DNA of 64,000 nucleotides from a virus (Duplodnaviria; Heunggongvirae; Uroviricota; Caudoviricetes): IMG/VR virus record IMGVR_UViG_3300032330_001609, positions 133,975 to 197,974 of that record; one strand, 5' to 3'. Shown piece by piece: positions 56,958 to 64,000 of this stretch (position 1 is its first letter; each line of letters starts with the position of its first letter). The notes under the pieces were generated by a model. It saw only the letters and a program-made list of their open reading frames with translations, ran no database searches and was not told where the DNA came from. The position numbers and the translations under genes were made by a program.

Positions 56958-57301
56958 GTAGTAAGTTAAATGGAATGATGGGTCAATACTTGGATAAGGC
57001 TTATGGTAACTTGGATTGTTTGGTATCCGAGAAGACGGTTGCTTGGTATAAGGATGGTTCTGTGGTTGCTAGTGTTAGCAAGGGAACTGATGGTCGTCTT
57101 AAATTGAGGTCAAAAGAATTTAATACCTTTAGACAAATTTTTTCATTATCTTGGGATGAACCTAAAGATGAATATCCATTATTGGATTTGATTGTTCCTT
57201 ATCTTAAATTTGATGGGGGTTCCCCCGCCATTCCTGTATTGGTTAGTTTGGGATTCATTGATGGATTGACCCATATTGCCCTTCCGAGTTATTGGAATTA
57301 A
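56954..57301 (+). CDS. hypothetical protein
   Basis: 115 aa. Confidence 0.5.
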   Translation: MSSKLNGMMGQYLDKAYGNLDCLVSEKTVAWYKDGSVVASVSKGTDGRLKLRSKEFNTFRQIFSLSWDEPKDEYPLLDLIVPYLKFDGGSPAIPVLVSLGFIDGLTHIALPSYWN

Positions 57302-57307
57302 ATGATG

Positions 57308-57362
57308 TGATTCCCGAACCGGACTCGTTTCACTCGGTACCAATCCCCCCGCCCCCTTTTTT
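57308..57362 (+). repeat. hairpin-CCCCCCGCCCCC-T-run element, copy B
   Basis: gattcccgaaccggactcgtttcactcggtaccaatccccccgcccccttttttt. Confidence 0.65.
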
Positions 57363-57369
57363 GGATTGG

Positions 57370-57384
57370 TGTATATTTATATTA
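57370..57384 (+). promoter_or_regulatory. GATATTTAT-class motif
   Basis: gtgtatatttatatt before 57395. Confidence 0.45.
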
Positions 57385-57394
57385 AAACAATATT

Positions 57395-57886
57395 ATGAAT
57401 AGAAGTTTTAGTAAGATTAGACATATTCAGGAATCCAATATTAAATTGGAAAAAAGAATATTAAATGAAGAATTTGATGATTTTGATTTTAGAGGTTTTC
57501 TTAAAAATGGTGAAACGTTAAGTAGAGATAAAATGCCCGATTTGATTAATGCAATGCAATCTACTTTGGACCGTTTTTATGAAAAACATAAAGAGGTTAT
57601 TGATAGACATTATTATTTGAAAAATAAGGAGGAACAACAGGAGTTGGCAAAAAATCCAAAATTTAGTTTATCGGTTATAAATAAATCAACTAATCCTCAA
57701 ATACTTGCTAAAGTTAAATGGCCGTTTGAATATAATGGTAACAATAATAAGAATGGTTATATTACGATGCACGTAGGTGGAAAAAACCAATTTCCTGAAT
57801 GGTTGGACACCCCTAATGTTAAGGAAATTAGTCGGAAGATTATTTCTAATAAATTATTATCAAACACTTCATTCCCTAATGATTAA
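57395..57886 (+). CDS. hypothetical protein
   Basis: 163 aa. Confidence 0.5.
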   Translation: MNRSFSKIRHIQESNIKLEKRILNEEFDDFDFRGFLKNGETLSRDKMPDLINAMQSTLDRFYEKHKEVIDRHYYLKNKEEQQELAKNPKFSLSVINKSTNPQILAKVKWPFEYNGNNNKNGYITMHVGGKNQFPEWLDTPNVKEISRKIISNKLLSNTSFPND

Positions 57887-57892
57887 AAATAC

Positions 57893-57921
57893 TACCCCAC
57901 TTTAACGAGTGGGTTTTTTTA
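57893..57921 (+). terminator. rho-independent terminator
   Basis: cccac-tttaacga-gtggg followed by T7. Confidence 0.6.
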
Positions 57922-57981
57922 TGTATAGACCGGACCCGGACTCCCTCCGGTCGTTTCTCAATCCCCCCGCCCCCTTTTTTT
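57921..57981 (+). repeat. hairpin-CCCCCCGCCCCC-T-run element, copy C
   Basis: atgtatagaccggacccggactccctccggtcgtttctcaatccccccgcccccttttttt. Confidence 0.7.
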
Positions 57982-57989
57982 GAATTGAT

Positions 57990-58003
57990 GGATATTTATT
58001 AAT
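57990..58003 (+). promoter_or_regulatory. GATATTTAT-class motif
   Basis: ggatatttattaat directly before the ATG at 58004. Confidence 0.5.
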
Positions 58004-58324
58004 ATGAAATTTATTATATCCGAAAATAAAATTGAATCTTTAAAACAAACCATTCAAAGTTTGATTGACAACGAATTAAACAATTTACGTATTATGTCCG
58101 ATGAGGAATGGGGTTTGGGTGAGATGGATGAAATTAATGAGGTATCATCGGTTGATAAAATAATTGTTGATAAACTTGAAATGTCTGATGGAATTAATAT
58201 CTATGTTGATATGTATGTCTTAACCGATAGAGAAGATTTTGATTTAATCAATGGCGCCATTGAATATGCCATAGAACAATGGTTACCCAATGTCACGGTC
58301 CACATAAATAAAATACCCGAATAA
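58004..58324 (+). CDS. MKIIITE-family protein
   Basis: MKFIISENKIESLKQTIQSL. Confidence 0.55.
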   Translation: MKFIISENKIESLKQTIQSLIDNELNNLRIMSDEEWGLGEMDEINEVSSVDKIIVDKLEMSDGINIYVDMYVLTDREDFDLINGAIEYAIEQWLPNVTVHINKIPE

Positions 58325-58330
58325 AATAAT

Positions 58331-58363
58331 TCCCCCAATCTTTTTCAAGGTTGGGGTTTTTTA
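58331..58363 (+). terminator. rho-independent terminator
   Basis: ccccaa-tctttttcaagg-ttgggg followed by T6. Confidence 0.6.
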
Positions 58364-58379
58364 TTTTAAATTTATTTCT

Positions 58380-58387
58380 TATCTTTG
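58380..58387 (+). promoter_or_regulatory. Bacteroidota-type -7 box
   Basis: tttcttatctttgtgtatt before 58394. Confidence 0.5.
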
Positions 58388-58393
58388 TGTATT

Positions 58394-58843
58394 ATGGAAA
58401 ACGAAGATAATTTATTTAACCAACTAAATGCGTATGCTAACCCATACGGGGCTTATAGTTCAAGTGGTAATGCTGTTGACCCAAATAATTTTGAGAGTCC
58501 TTATAACCGCCCAATTGAAATCCCAAAAACATTCAAGGATGTTGTTATAAAAATGTTCCCTGAGATTCAAGATGTTATTTCCGCTGGGTATAGAGAAAAT
58601 GTGATGTATAACCCTGAAACATTTGACCCGATTAAAAAATATTTGGTTGGGATTGATTTATATTTTGATGATAAGTATGGTATGAAAAAAAGTAAGAACG
58701 AATATGGGAAGGAGTTAACGGATTATTTCAAGATGACTTATAGTGATTTGGACTTTGTAACCTTCCACGTTCGGTCATTTATATTTCCCCCGGAAAAAAC
58801 AAATGAGGATAAATTTTTTGAATTATTTGGTAAGACAGAATAA
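58394..58843 (+). CDS. hypothetical protein
   Basis: The ORF-track start lay inside the promoter box; first ATG at 58394 (MENEDNLFNQ). Confidence 0.5.
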   Translation: MENEDNLFNQLNAYANPYGAYSSSGNAVDPNNFESPYNRPIEIPKTFKDVVIKMFPEIQDVISAGYRENVMYNPETFDPIKKYLVGIDLYFDDKYGMKKSKNEYGKELTDYFKMTYSDLDFVTFHVRSFIFPPEKTNEDKFFELFGKTE

Positions 58844-58871
58844 TTTTTAATCCCCCGCTTTATTTAAGTTG

Positions 58872-58886
58872 GGGGATATTTATATT
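58872..58886 (+). promoter_or_regulatory. GATATTTAT-class motif
   Basis: gggggatatttatatt before 58898. Confidence 0.5.
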
Positions 58887-58897
58887 AAAACAATACT

Positions 58898-59275
58898 ATG
58901 AAACATTTATTAAATAATTTATCGGAAGAAGAAAAAAACTCAATCCGTGAACAACATACCGGTGGTATGAAAGTTGTTAATGAAAATTTTAACAAACTAT
59001 TAAATTCTAAACTTGGTGATGCTAAACCAATCACTGAAGGAATTTGGTCTGATATTTTTGGGAAACCATCTGTAGATAGAGCAACCAAAGATTCTTATAA
59101 AGCCCAAGGACATAGTCAAAGAGGTAAAGAAGATGATGACAGACATTTTGTAATCTTTGACGGTCAAAAATATTATGACGAAGATATTGAATATGCTGAT
59201 TATCACGACTTAGGTGAATTACCAAGACTTGAAGATGGTAAATTGATTGTTACCAACCCGGCTTGGGAAATGTAA
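58898..59275 (+). CDS. hypothetical protein
   Basis: 125 aa. Confidence 0.5.
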   Translation: MKHLLNNLSEEEKNSIREQHTGGMKVVNENFNKLLNSKLGDAKPITEGIWSDIFGKPSVDRATKDSYKAQGHSQRGKEDDDRHFVIFDGQKYYDEDIEYADYHDLGELPRLEDGKLIVTNPAWEM

Positions 59276-59278
59276 AAC

Positions 59279-59308
59279 AAAACCTCACTTTACTGTGAGG
59301 TTTTTTAT
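59279..59308 (+). terminator. rho-independent terminator
   Basis: aacctcac-tttact-gtgaggtt followed by T6. Confidence 0.65.
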
Positions 59309-59335
59309 TTGTATCTTTAACTAAATTAAAAATTT

Positions 59336-60058
59336 ATGAAAGACGGTGTTTCTATAATCATACCAACATATAAAACTCCAAAATATCTTTACGAGTGTAT
59401 TGAATCAATTAAATCTCAAATTACAAATTGTGAGTATGAGATTATAATTGGCATTGATAACTGTGAGATAACTCTTAATCATATTAATAAACATAAAGAA
59501 TTCTACGAAGGTATTAATATTTATTTTTTTGATGAAAGTGTTGGTCCGTATGTAATTAGAAATAATTTAGTTGATGTTGCAAAATACGAATATATTTTAT
59601 TTTTTGATTCTGACGATTTATTAATTGAAGGTAGTTTAGAAATTTTTTATAATTTTATAAAAGAACATAATTATGTTAGGATAAGATTTAAGAATTTTGA
59701 AATGGTTAATGGTGAAATGAAGTTTACTACAATAGAAACCGCGTATGGGGTGTTTGGTATTACTAAAACTTTATTCGATAAATTTATTGGTTTTGAAAGT
59801 TGGATTTGTAATGCGGATGTTGAATTTAGTGATAGGTTAAAGTTTTATAAAGTTAGTGCCAAACGTATTGAATCTATTTTGTTTTATCGAAGAATACATA
59901 CAGATAATTTAACGGTGAAAGATGGGACTAAAATGTTTTCTCCATTAAGAGCTGAATTAAGAAAAATAATTAAATATAGAGGTATTAATAATCATTGGGA
60001 TAATCCCATAAAAATAATAAAAAATTATAAAAATATAAATGAAATTCAAATTACCTGA
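59336..60058 (+). CDS. glycosyltransferase family 2
   Basis: VSIIIPTYKTPKYLYECIESIKSQ ... FFDSDD. Confidence 0.75.
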   Translation: MKDGVSIIIPTYKTPKYLYECIESIKSQITNCEYEIIIGIDNCEITLNHINKHKEFYEGINIYFFDESVGPYVIRNNLVDVAKYEYILFFDSDDLLIEGSLEIFYNFIKEHNYVRIRFKNFEMVNGEMKFTTIETAYGVFGITKTLFDKFIGFESWICNADVEFSDRLKFYKVSAKRIESILFYRRIHTDNLTVKDGTKMFSPLRAELRKIIKYRGINNHWDNPIKIIKNYKNINEIQIT

Positions 60059-60899
60059 TTTTGATTTAAGTCCTTACCGTATGGTTTATGCGGGAGAGAG
60101 ACCACGATACGCGACTGCCACCGCGGCGGCATTTGTTAATGATAATAAAATATTGGTTGCGTCATTCTTAAACAAAAAAATATTTTTAATTGATATTACC
60201 GATAATAATTTCAACATTATAAGTGAGATTAGTACACCTCATTATCCGGACTTAATGGATTATAAAGATGGTGTTATAGTTGTGACAAATAGAACTGACG
60301 GTGACTTTGAAGCCGGTGGGATATCAGTATATAGTTTAATTGATGATGAAATGTCATTCAAAAAAACAATTATCATAAAAAATCTTAATCAAATTCACGG
60401 ATGTAGAATTATTGACGAAAAAAATTTCATAATCACCAATACCACCAATAATGAACGTGGTGTATATTCAGTAAATTATGATACAGAAAAAACTAATATG
60501 TTTAATAACTTTGAGTTTTTTCCTAAAGACATTTGGGTTTATGATGATAAAATTTTAATTATATCTTCACATAGTAGACCTTCCGGTACCGGTCAGGTAA
60601 AAATTACAAACTCTTATTTATATTTGTATGAATATCCATCATATAAAAAAATTGATGAATTATTTTTTTATGGACAGACAGACGCACTAACCTATCATAA
60701 TGGTGATGGATTTATTACCTTACAAGGACAAGACTCACTTTTACATTTCAAAATAACAAACGATAAAATTGAAAATGTAAAATTAATTGATGGTTTTGAT
60801 TTTCCCCACGGAGTTGCGTCTAACGGAGATAAAGTTGTGGTGACTAATTACGGAGATAATTCAATAGATATTTTATCATTTTCAGATTTGATTAAATAA
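60039..60899 (+). CDS. beta-propeller-like repeat protein (YVTN/NHL-like)
   Basis: Repeated ...VVVTN.GD.SI.I... strands. Confidence 0.3.
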   Translation: MKFKLPDFDLSPYRMVYAGERPRYATATAAAFVNDNKILVASFLNKKIFLIDITDNNFNIISEISTPHYPDLMDYKDGVIVVTNRTDGDFEAGGISVYSLIDDEMSFKKTIIIKNLNQIHGCRIIDEKNFIITNTTNNERGVYSVNYDTEKTNMFNNFEFFPKDIWVYDDKILIISSHSRPSGTGQVKITNSYLYLYEYPSYKKIDELFFYGQTDALTYHNGDGFITLQGQDSLLHFKITNDKIENVKLIDGFDFPHGVASNGDKVVVTNYGDNSIDILSFSDLIK

Positions 60900-60903
60900 A
60901 ATT

Positions 60904-60938
60904 ATAACCCCACTATTTTTTAGTTGGGGTTTTTTTAT
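60904..60938 (+). terminator. rho-independent terminator
   Basis: aaccccac-tattttttag-ttggggtt followed by T7. Confidence 0.65.
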
Positions 60939-60946
60939 TATCTTTG
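60939..60946 (+). promoter_or_regulatory. Bacteroidota-type -7 box
   Basis: ttattatctttgtgg before 60951. Confidence 0.5.
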
Positions 60947-60950
60947 TGGA

Positions 60951-61313
60951 ATGGAAAGAAGTGGGATAGATATGGTATTCAAAGCAGCCAAAAAAAGATA
61001 TCCTTTTTTGGTGGATTGGGAATTTAATTTGTCTGAGTATTATATGTCAATTGCTCCAATAACAATGACAATTAATCAAGAAATGGCCTGTGAACATTAT
61101 GGTTATGAAAAAGTTAACAGGTTTGTTAGTGGTTTTGGTAGCTTCTCCCAAATTATGGATTGTGATATTGAAACGGGTTCCAAATTAATGGATGAAATCC
61201 GTAATTTTTTTGAGGTCGGTTATAAGATGGTACCAATGGAATATTGTATAGTAAACGAACTTTGGGACGATAGTGTTAAAAGATTGTCCGTGGGATTATG
61301 TTATAAAGTTTAA
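60951..61313 (+). CDS. hypothetical protein
   Basis: Start trimmed to MERSGIDMVF, just after the promoter box. Confidence 0.5.
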   Translation: MERSGIDMVFKAAKKRYPFLVDWEFNLSEYYMSIAPITMTINQEMACEHYGYEKVNRFVSGFGSFSQIMDCDIETGSKLMDEIRNFFEVGYKMVPMEYCIVNELWDDSVKRLSVGLCYKV

Positions 61314-61317
61314 GGTT

Positions 61318-61587
61318 ATGGATAAAAAGAAAAATTTAATATTCAAATATTTTGATAAGTATTGTGCCGGTGATTTGGTTCCTGATGTTGGGAATGAGGA
61401 TTGGTTACAACCATCGGTTGATATTGATTCTTTGGGATATTCAACCGAACATAATGCTCTTTATTACAATGGAAATATTGCCGACCAAGTTATCTCAATA
61501 TTTTCTGTTACTAAAAAAGATTTCCAAACCTATATAAAAGAATGGTTTGAAGACCGACATAAATTGAGAGCTCTTGTTGTATTATAA
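61318..61587 (+). CDS. hypothetical protein
   Basis: Start trimmed to MDKKKNLIFKYF, directly after the upstream stop. Confidence 0.45.
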   Translation: MDKKKNLIFKYFDKYCAGDLVPDVGNEDWLQPSVDIDSLGYSTEHNALYYNGNIADQVISIFSVTKKDFQTYIKEWFEDRHKLRALVVL

Positions 61588-61591
61588 TTTA

Positions 61592-61607
61592 CCGGATATT
61601 TATTTAT
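61592..61607 (+). promoter_or_regulatory. GATATTTAT-class motif
   Basis: ccggatatttatttat directly before the ATG at 61608. Confidence 0.5.
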
Positions 61608-61913
61608 ATGAAAATTATAATATCCGAAAATAAACTCCGGGAACTTCAACTCCAATACTTAAATGGTTTTCTTGGTCATATCTCTAATTTTGATAACTTC
61701 ATTGTTATTTATTATCCGAATTATGGTGACGATGATTTTGAGAGTGATGTTTTAATGGAGTATGATTATGATGATGGTAGGTTGTATATCGATAAAACTT
61801 TCTTAAATAACTTTGCCAAAATTTATTTCCCAAATGATGATGATGCTCAACCGTTTATTAAACATTGGTTTGAGAATGAATTTGGTGTTGATATAGACTT
61901 TATGGATTCTTAA
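61608..61913 (+). CDS. MKIIITE-family protein
   Basis: MKIIISENKLRELQLQYL ... FIKHWFENEFGVDI; CCGGATATTTATTTAT upstream. Confidence 0.6.
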   Translation: MKIIISENKLRELQLQYLNGFLGHISNFDNFIVIYYPNYGDDDFESDVLMEYDYDDGRLYIDKTFLNNFAKIYFPNDDDAQPFIKHWFENEFGVDIDFMDS

Positions 61914-61921
61914 AAAATAAA

Positions 61922-61952
61922 TGTCCCAATAATTTTTTATTGGGATTTTTTG
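61922..61952 (+). terminator. rho-independent terminator
   Basis: tcccaataa-tttttt-attggga followed by T6. Confidence 0.6.
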
Positions 61953-61955
61953 TTT

Positions 61956-61963
61956 TATCTTTG
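61956..61963 (+). promoter_or_regulatory. Bacteroidota-type -7 box
   Basis: tgttttatctttgtccc before 61989. Confidence 0.5.
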
Positions 61964-61988
61964 TCCCATAAACTTAAAATATTATTAT

Positions 61989-62417
61989 ATGAAAAAATTA
62001 TTGGGATTATTTGTGATGTTATTTTTATTTTCTTGTGACGCACCGGTGGATAAAATTTATCACTCTGACAAAATTTATCTTAGACAGTTAGTTAATACAA
62101 CTGTGTCTGAAACTTACACACACGGGTCATTCTTCTTGGTTGCCGGGTCAATTACAAGTGAATCGACAACAGAAACAGTTATTAAATTAATGGGTAAGAT
62201 TGATGATGAGTACCGTTTCATTCAATTTGATTTTGAGAGAGCTAGAATTAAAATTGATAATAGTGTTAAAACACCATATATTGTTTTGAACTATAAGAAT
62301 GACCGGGAAATATCAATTGACGAACAGTTAAAAAATATGAATTGGTATGGTGTTACCGTTACCATCGTATGTCCGGAACAATACTTACCTGAGAAATTAT
62401 TACCAATTCAAATATAA
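61989..62417 (+). CDS. lipoprotein
   Basis: Start trimmed to MKKLLGLFVMLFLFSCDAP (lipobox LFSC). Confidence 0.55.
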   Translation: MKKLLGLFVMLFLFSCDAPVDKIYHSDKIYLRQLVNTTVSETYTHGSFFLVAGSITSESTTETVIKLMGKIDDEYRFIQFDFERARIKIDNSVKTPYIVLNYKNDREISIDEQLKNMNWYGVTVTIVCPEQYLPEKLLPIQI

Positions 62418-62418
62418 T

Positions 62419-62643
62419 ATGGTAAAAATAGGAGACAAAGTGTATGTTGATGGTTATACCTCAATGGCACAACAAAATGCCGGTGTTGAAAAAATTAAAA
62501 AAATTGAATCTCGGTTTGATGAAATGACCGGTGAAAAATTTGACATCTACAAAGTAGGTGGTGATTGGTACGACTCCCGAGACGGTGGTTGTTATTCAAA
62601 TAAAAATTCAATGTATTATATAGAATTAATGAAAGATGAGTGA
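62419..62643 (+). CDS. hypothetical small protein
   Basis: Start trimmed to MVKIGDKVYVDG. Confidence 0.4.
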   Translation: MVKIGDKVYVDGYTSMAQQNAGVEKIKKIESRFDEMTGEKFDIYKVGGDWYDSRDGGCYSNKNSMYYIELMKDE

Positions 62644-62914
62644 GTTAACAGTTGCGGTAACGTATAGACGAGAAGATGAGAGAAACTATTTTGACATTTC
62701 CTTTCCAAAGGGTCAAGAGTTATTATCAGTTAAGGAAACAACAATGATATTAGCCGCGGGTATGTCCTTACTAATTAAAGCGGGACATAAAAAAGGTGAT
62801 GTTAAAGATTATGAAATGTTGGAAATGATAGTTGGTTATTTGAATAGTGAGTTTGTTTCTACCGATTCATTTGAGGATGCAACCATTCAACCAAACACAA
62901 TAAAAAGTGAGTAA
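62636..62914 (+). CDS. hypothetical protein
   Basis: 92 aa. Confidence 0.45.
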   Translation: MSELTVAVTYRREDERNYFDISFPKGQELLSVKETTMILAAGMSLLIKAGHKKGDVKDYEMLEMIVGYLNSEFVSTDSFEDATIQPNTIKSE

Positions 62915-63152
62915 TAGAAAAGAAAAATTAATATTAGATTATTTGGAACGAACCTATGGTAAAAGTGAATTATTTGAAAATGATATAACTTACTCAATTG
63001 CCGGTGTTTGTATCTATTACAAAATTTCTAAACAAATTGGGTTTACCGGTGTGGTTCATTTAGATTTAGTAAATTGGTTTGGTGATGGAAGACATTACTA
63101 TCCTGAATTACGTAAATGGTTCTCCGAGAAATATAATTTAGAAGTTATTTAA
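62907..63152 (+). CDS. hypothetical protein
   Basis: 81 aa. Confidence 0.45.
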   Translation: MSNRKEKLILDYLERTYGKSELFENDITYSIAGVCIYYKISKQIGFTGVVHLDLVNWFGDGRHYYPELRKWFSEKYNLEVI

Positions 63153-63175
63153 TCCCCCACATTCTTTTAGGATTG

Positions 63176-63191
63176 GGGGATATTTATTTAT
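63176..63191 (+). promoter_or_regulatory. GATATTTAT-class motif
   Basis: gggggatatttatttat directly before the ATG at 63192. Confidence 0.5.
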
Positions 63192-63782
63192 ATGAAACTT
63201 ATTATTACAGAAAGACAAGAAACCATATTGGAAGGTTTAATAACCGAAGGTGAAAACAAACCAACCAATCCAACTCTTTGGTCAAGAGCCAAGTCAATGG
63301 CGAAATCAAAGTTTAAGGTTTACCCAAGTGCTTATGCAAATGGATGGGCAGCTAAGTGGTATAAAAAACACGGAGGTGGTTGGAGAAAAAAGAAATCTTC
63401 TAACGAATCTATTGAAACTAACGAGGCGTCAAGTCCGGCACAACAAGCTGCAATTGCCATCAATATGAAGAAGAAAGGAATTAAACCAAAGAACGAAAAT
63501 GTTAATGAAGATTTGAGAAGATGGTTTAAGGAGAAGTGGGTTGATGTAAGTAAAAAAGTTGACGGGAAACATCCACCTTGCGGAAGAAAAGATGCGGATG
63601 GTAAGTCATACCCAAAATGTCGTCCATCAAAAAAAGTTTCATCTGAAACACCAAAGATTGCTTCATCATATGACAAGGATGAGAAAAAAGCAATGACTCA
63701 ACAAAAGAGAAGAGCAGAAAAGAAAGACCCAAAATTGGGAACCGGAAATAAACCAACAATGACACACTACGAAAAAAAATGA
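63192..63782 (+). CDS. MKIIITE-leader protein with K-rich basic body
   Basis: MKLIITERQETILEGL followed by an unrelated basic body; GGGGGATATTTATTTAT upstream. Confidence 0.55.
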   Translation: MKLIITERQETILEGLITEGENKPTNPTLWSRAKSMAKSKFKVYPSAYANGWAAKWYKKHGGGWRKKKSSNESIETNEASSPAQQAAIAINMKKKGIKPKNENVNEDLRRWFKEKWVDVSKKVDGKHPPCGRKDADGKSYPKCRPSKKVSSETPKIASSYDKDEKKAMTQQKRRAEKKDPKLGTGNKPTMTHYEKK

Positions 63783-64000
63783 AAATAATAATTACAGAAT
63801 CTCAGTACAATAAACTATTCAACAATTTGGATGATAGTTTTTATGGTTCAGTTGAGGAGACCAACTTTGTTGTTGGTGATTTATTAACTGAGGCGGAATA
63901 CCAAGGACGTAAAGTTCAACTTGGAAAAATAATGCAAGGGGACGTTAAGAAGTTCAAAGTTTATGTTAAGAACGACAAAGGAAAAGTCGTTAAGGTTAAT
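63780..64000 (+). CDS. MKIIITE-family protein (3' end outside the window)
   Basis: MKIIITESQYNKLFNNL, nearly identical leader to 28685. Confidence 0.5.

Noticed and set aside
1-64000. Possibility that the window is from a eukaryotic giant virus (AT-rich, many paralogs, GSII, PTH2)
   Set aside because: There are abundant hairpin-plus-T-run rho-independent terminators, Bacteroidota -7 TAnnTTTG promoter boxes, translationally coupled ATGA/TAATG gene junctions and bacterial lipoprotein signals. All of these argue for a bacteriophage.
1-64000. CRISPR arrays
   Set aside because: No regularly spaced direct repeats with unique spacers were seen. The repeats found are dispersed (three C6GC5 elements, two 90-bp direct repeats).

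Overview
This 64 kb window is AT-rich (about 30% GC) and looks like part of a large tailed bacteriophage genome. Genes are tightly packed with overlapping stop/start codons (ATGA, TAATG), run mostly on the + strand, and are separated by many canonical rho-independent terminators. Many genes are preceded by the Bacteroidota sigma-A -7 box TAnnTTTG (here almost always TATCTTTG), so the host is very probably a Bacteroidota bacterium such as Flavobacterium or Cellulophaga. The region is accessory, early-like content. It encodes thioredoxin plus glutaredoxin, two DNA methyltransferases, and a eukaryote-type (type II) glutamine synthetase. It also encodes a Nudix hydrolase, a DHH phosphoesterase, a class-II CCA-adding nucleotidyltransferase, an HD phosphohydrolase, a PTH2-type peptidyl-tRNA hydrolase, a LigT-like 2H phosphoesterase and an SPFH protein. 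Further products are a secreted Serratia-type nuclease, two GT2 glycosyltransferases, a calcineurin-like phosphoesterase, a DnaJ-like CxxCxGxG repeat protein, a double-LamG protein, a ParB-like protein and two lipoproteins. The dominant feature is a large family (at least 15 copies, nine of them in one operon at 39.9-43.0 kb) of small proteins sharing the N-terminal signature MK-h-h-ITE-[SND]-[KR]. Two further shared N-terminal classes (MKDLIKKILREE and MNLxENIxRIxSL) sit on otherwise different proteins. A second, phage-specific promoter-like motif GATATTTAT lies directly upstream of many start codons. A tRNA-like element carries a roughly 100-nt insertion, and a hairpin-CCCCCCGCCCCC-T7 element is repeated three times. 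A roughly 2.6 kb low-coding hub at 52.8-55.4 kb is dense in G/C tracts, repeats and palindromes, and is a candidate ori/pac/partition region. Coordinates that I derived by hand from the sequence may be off by 1-2 nt.
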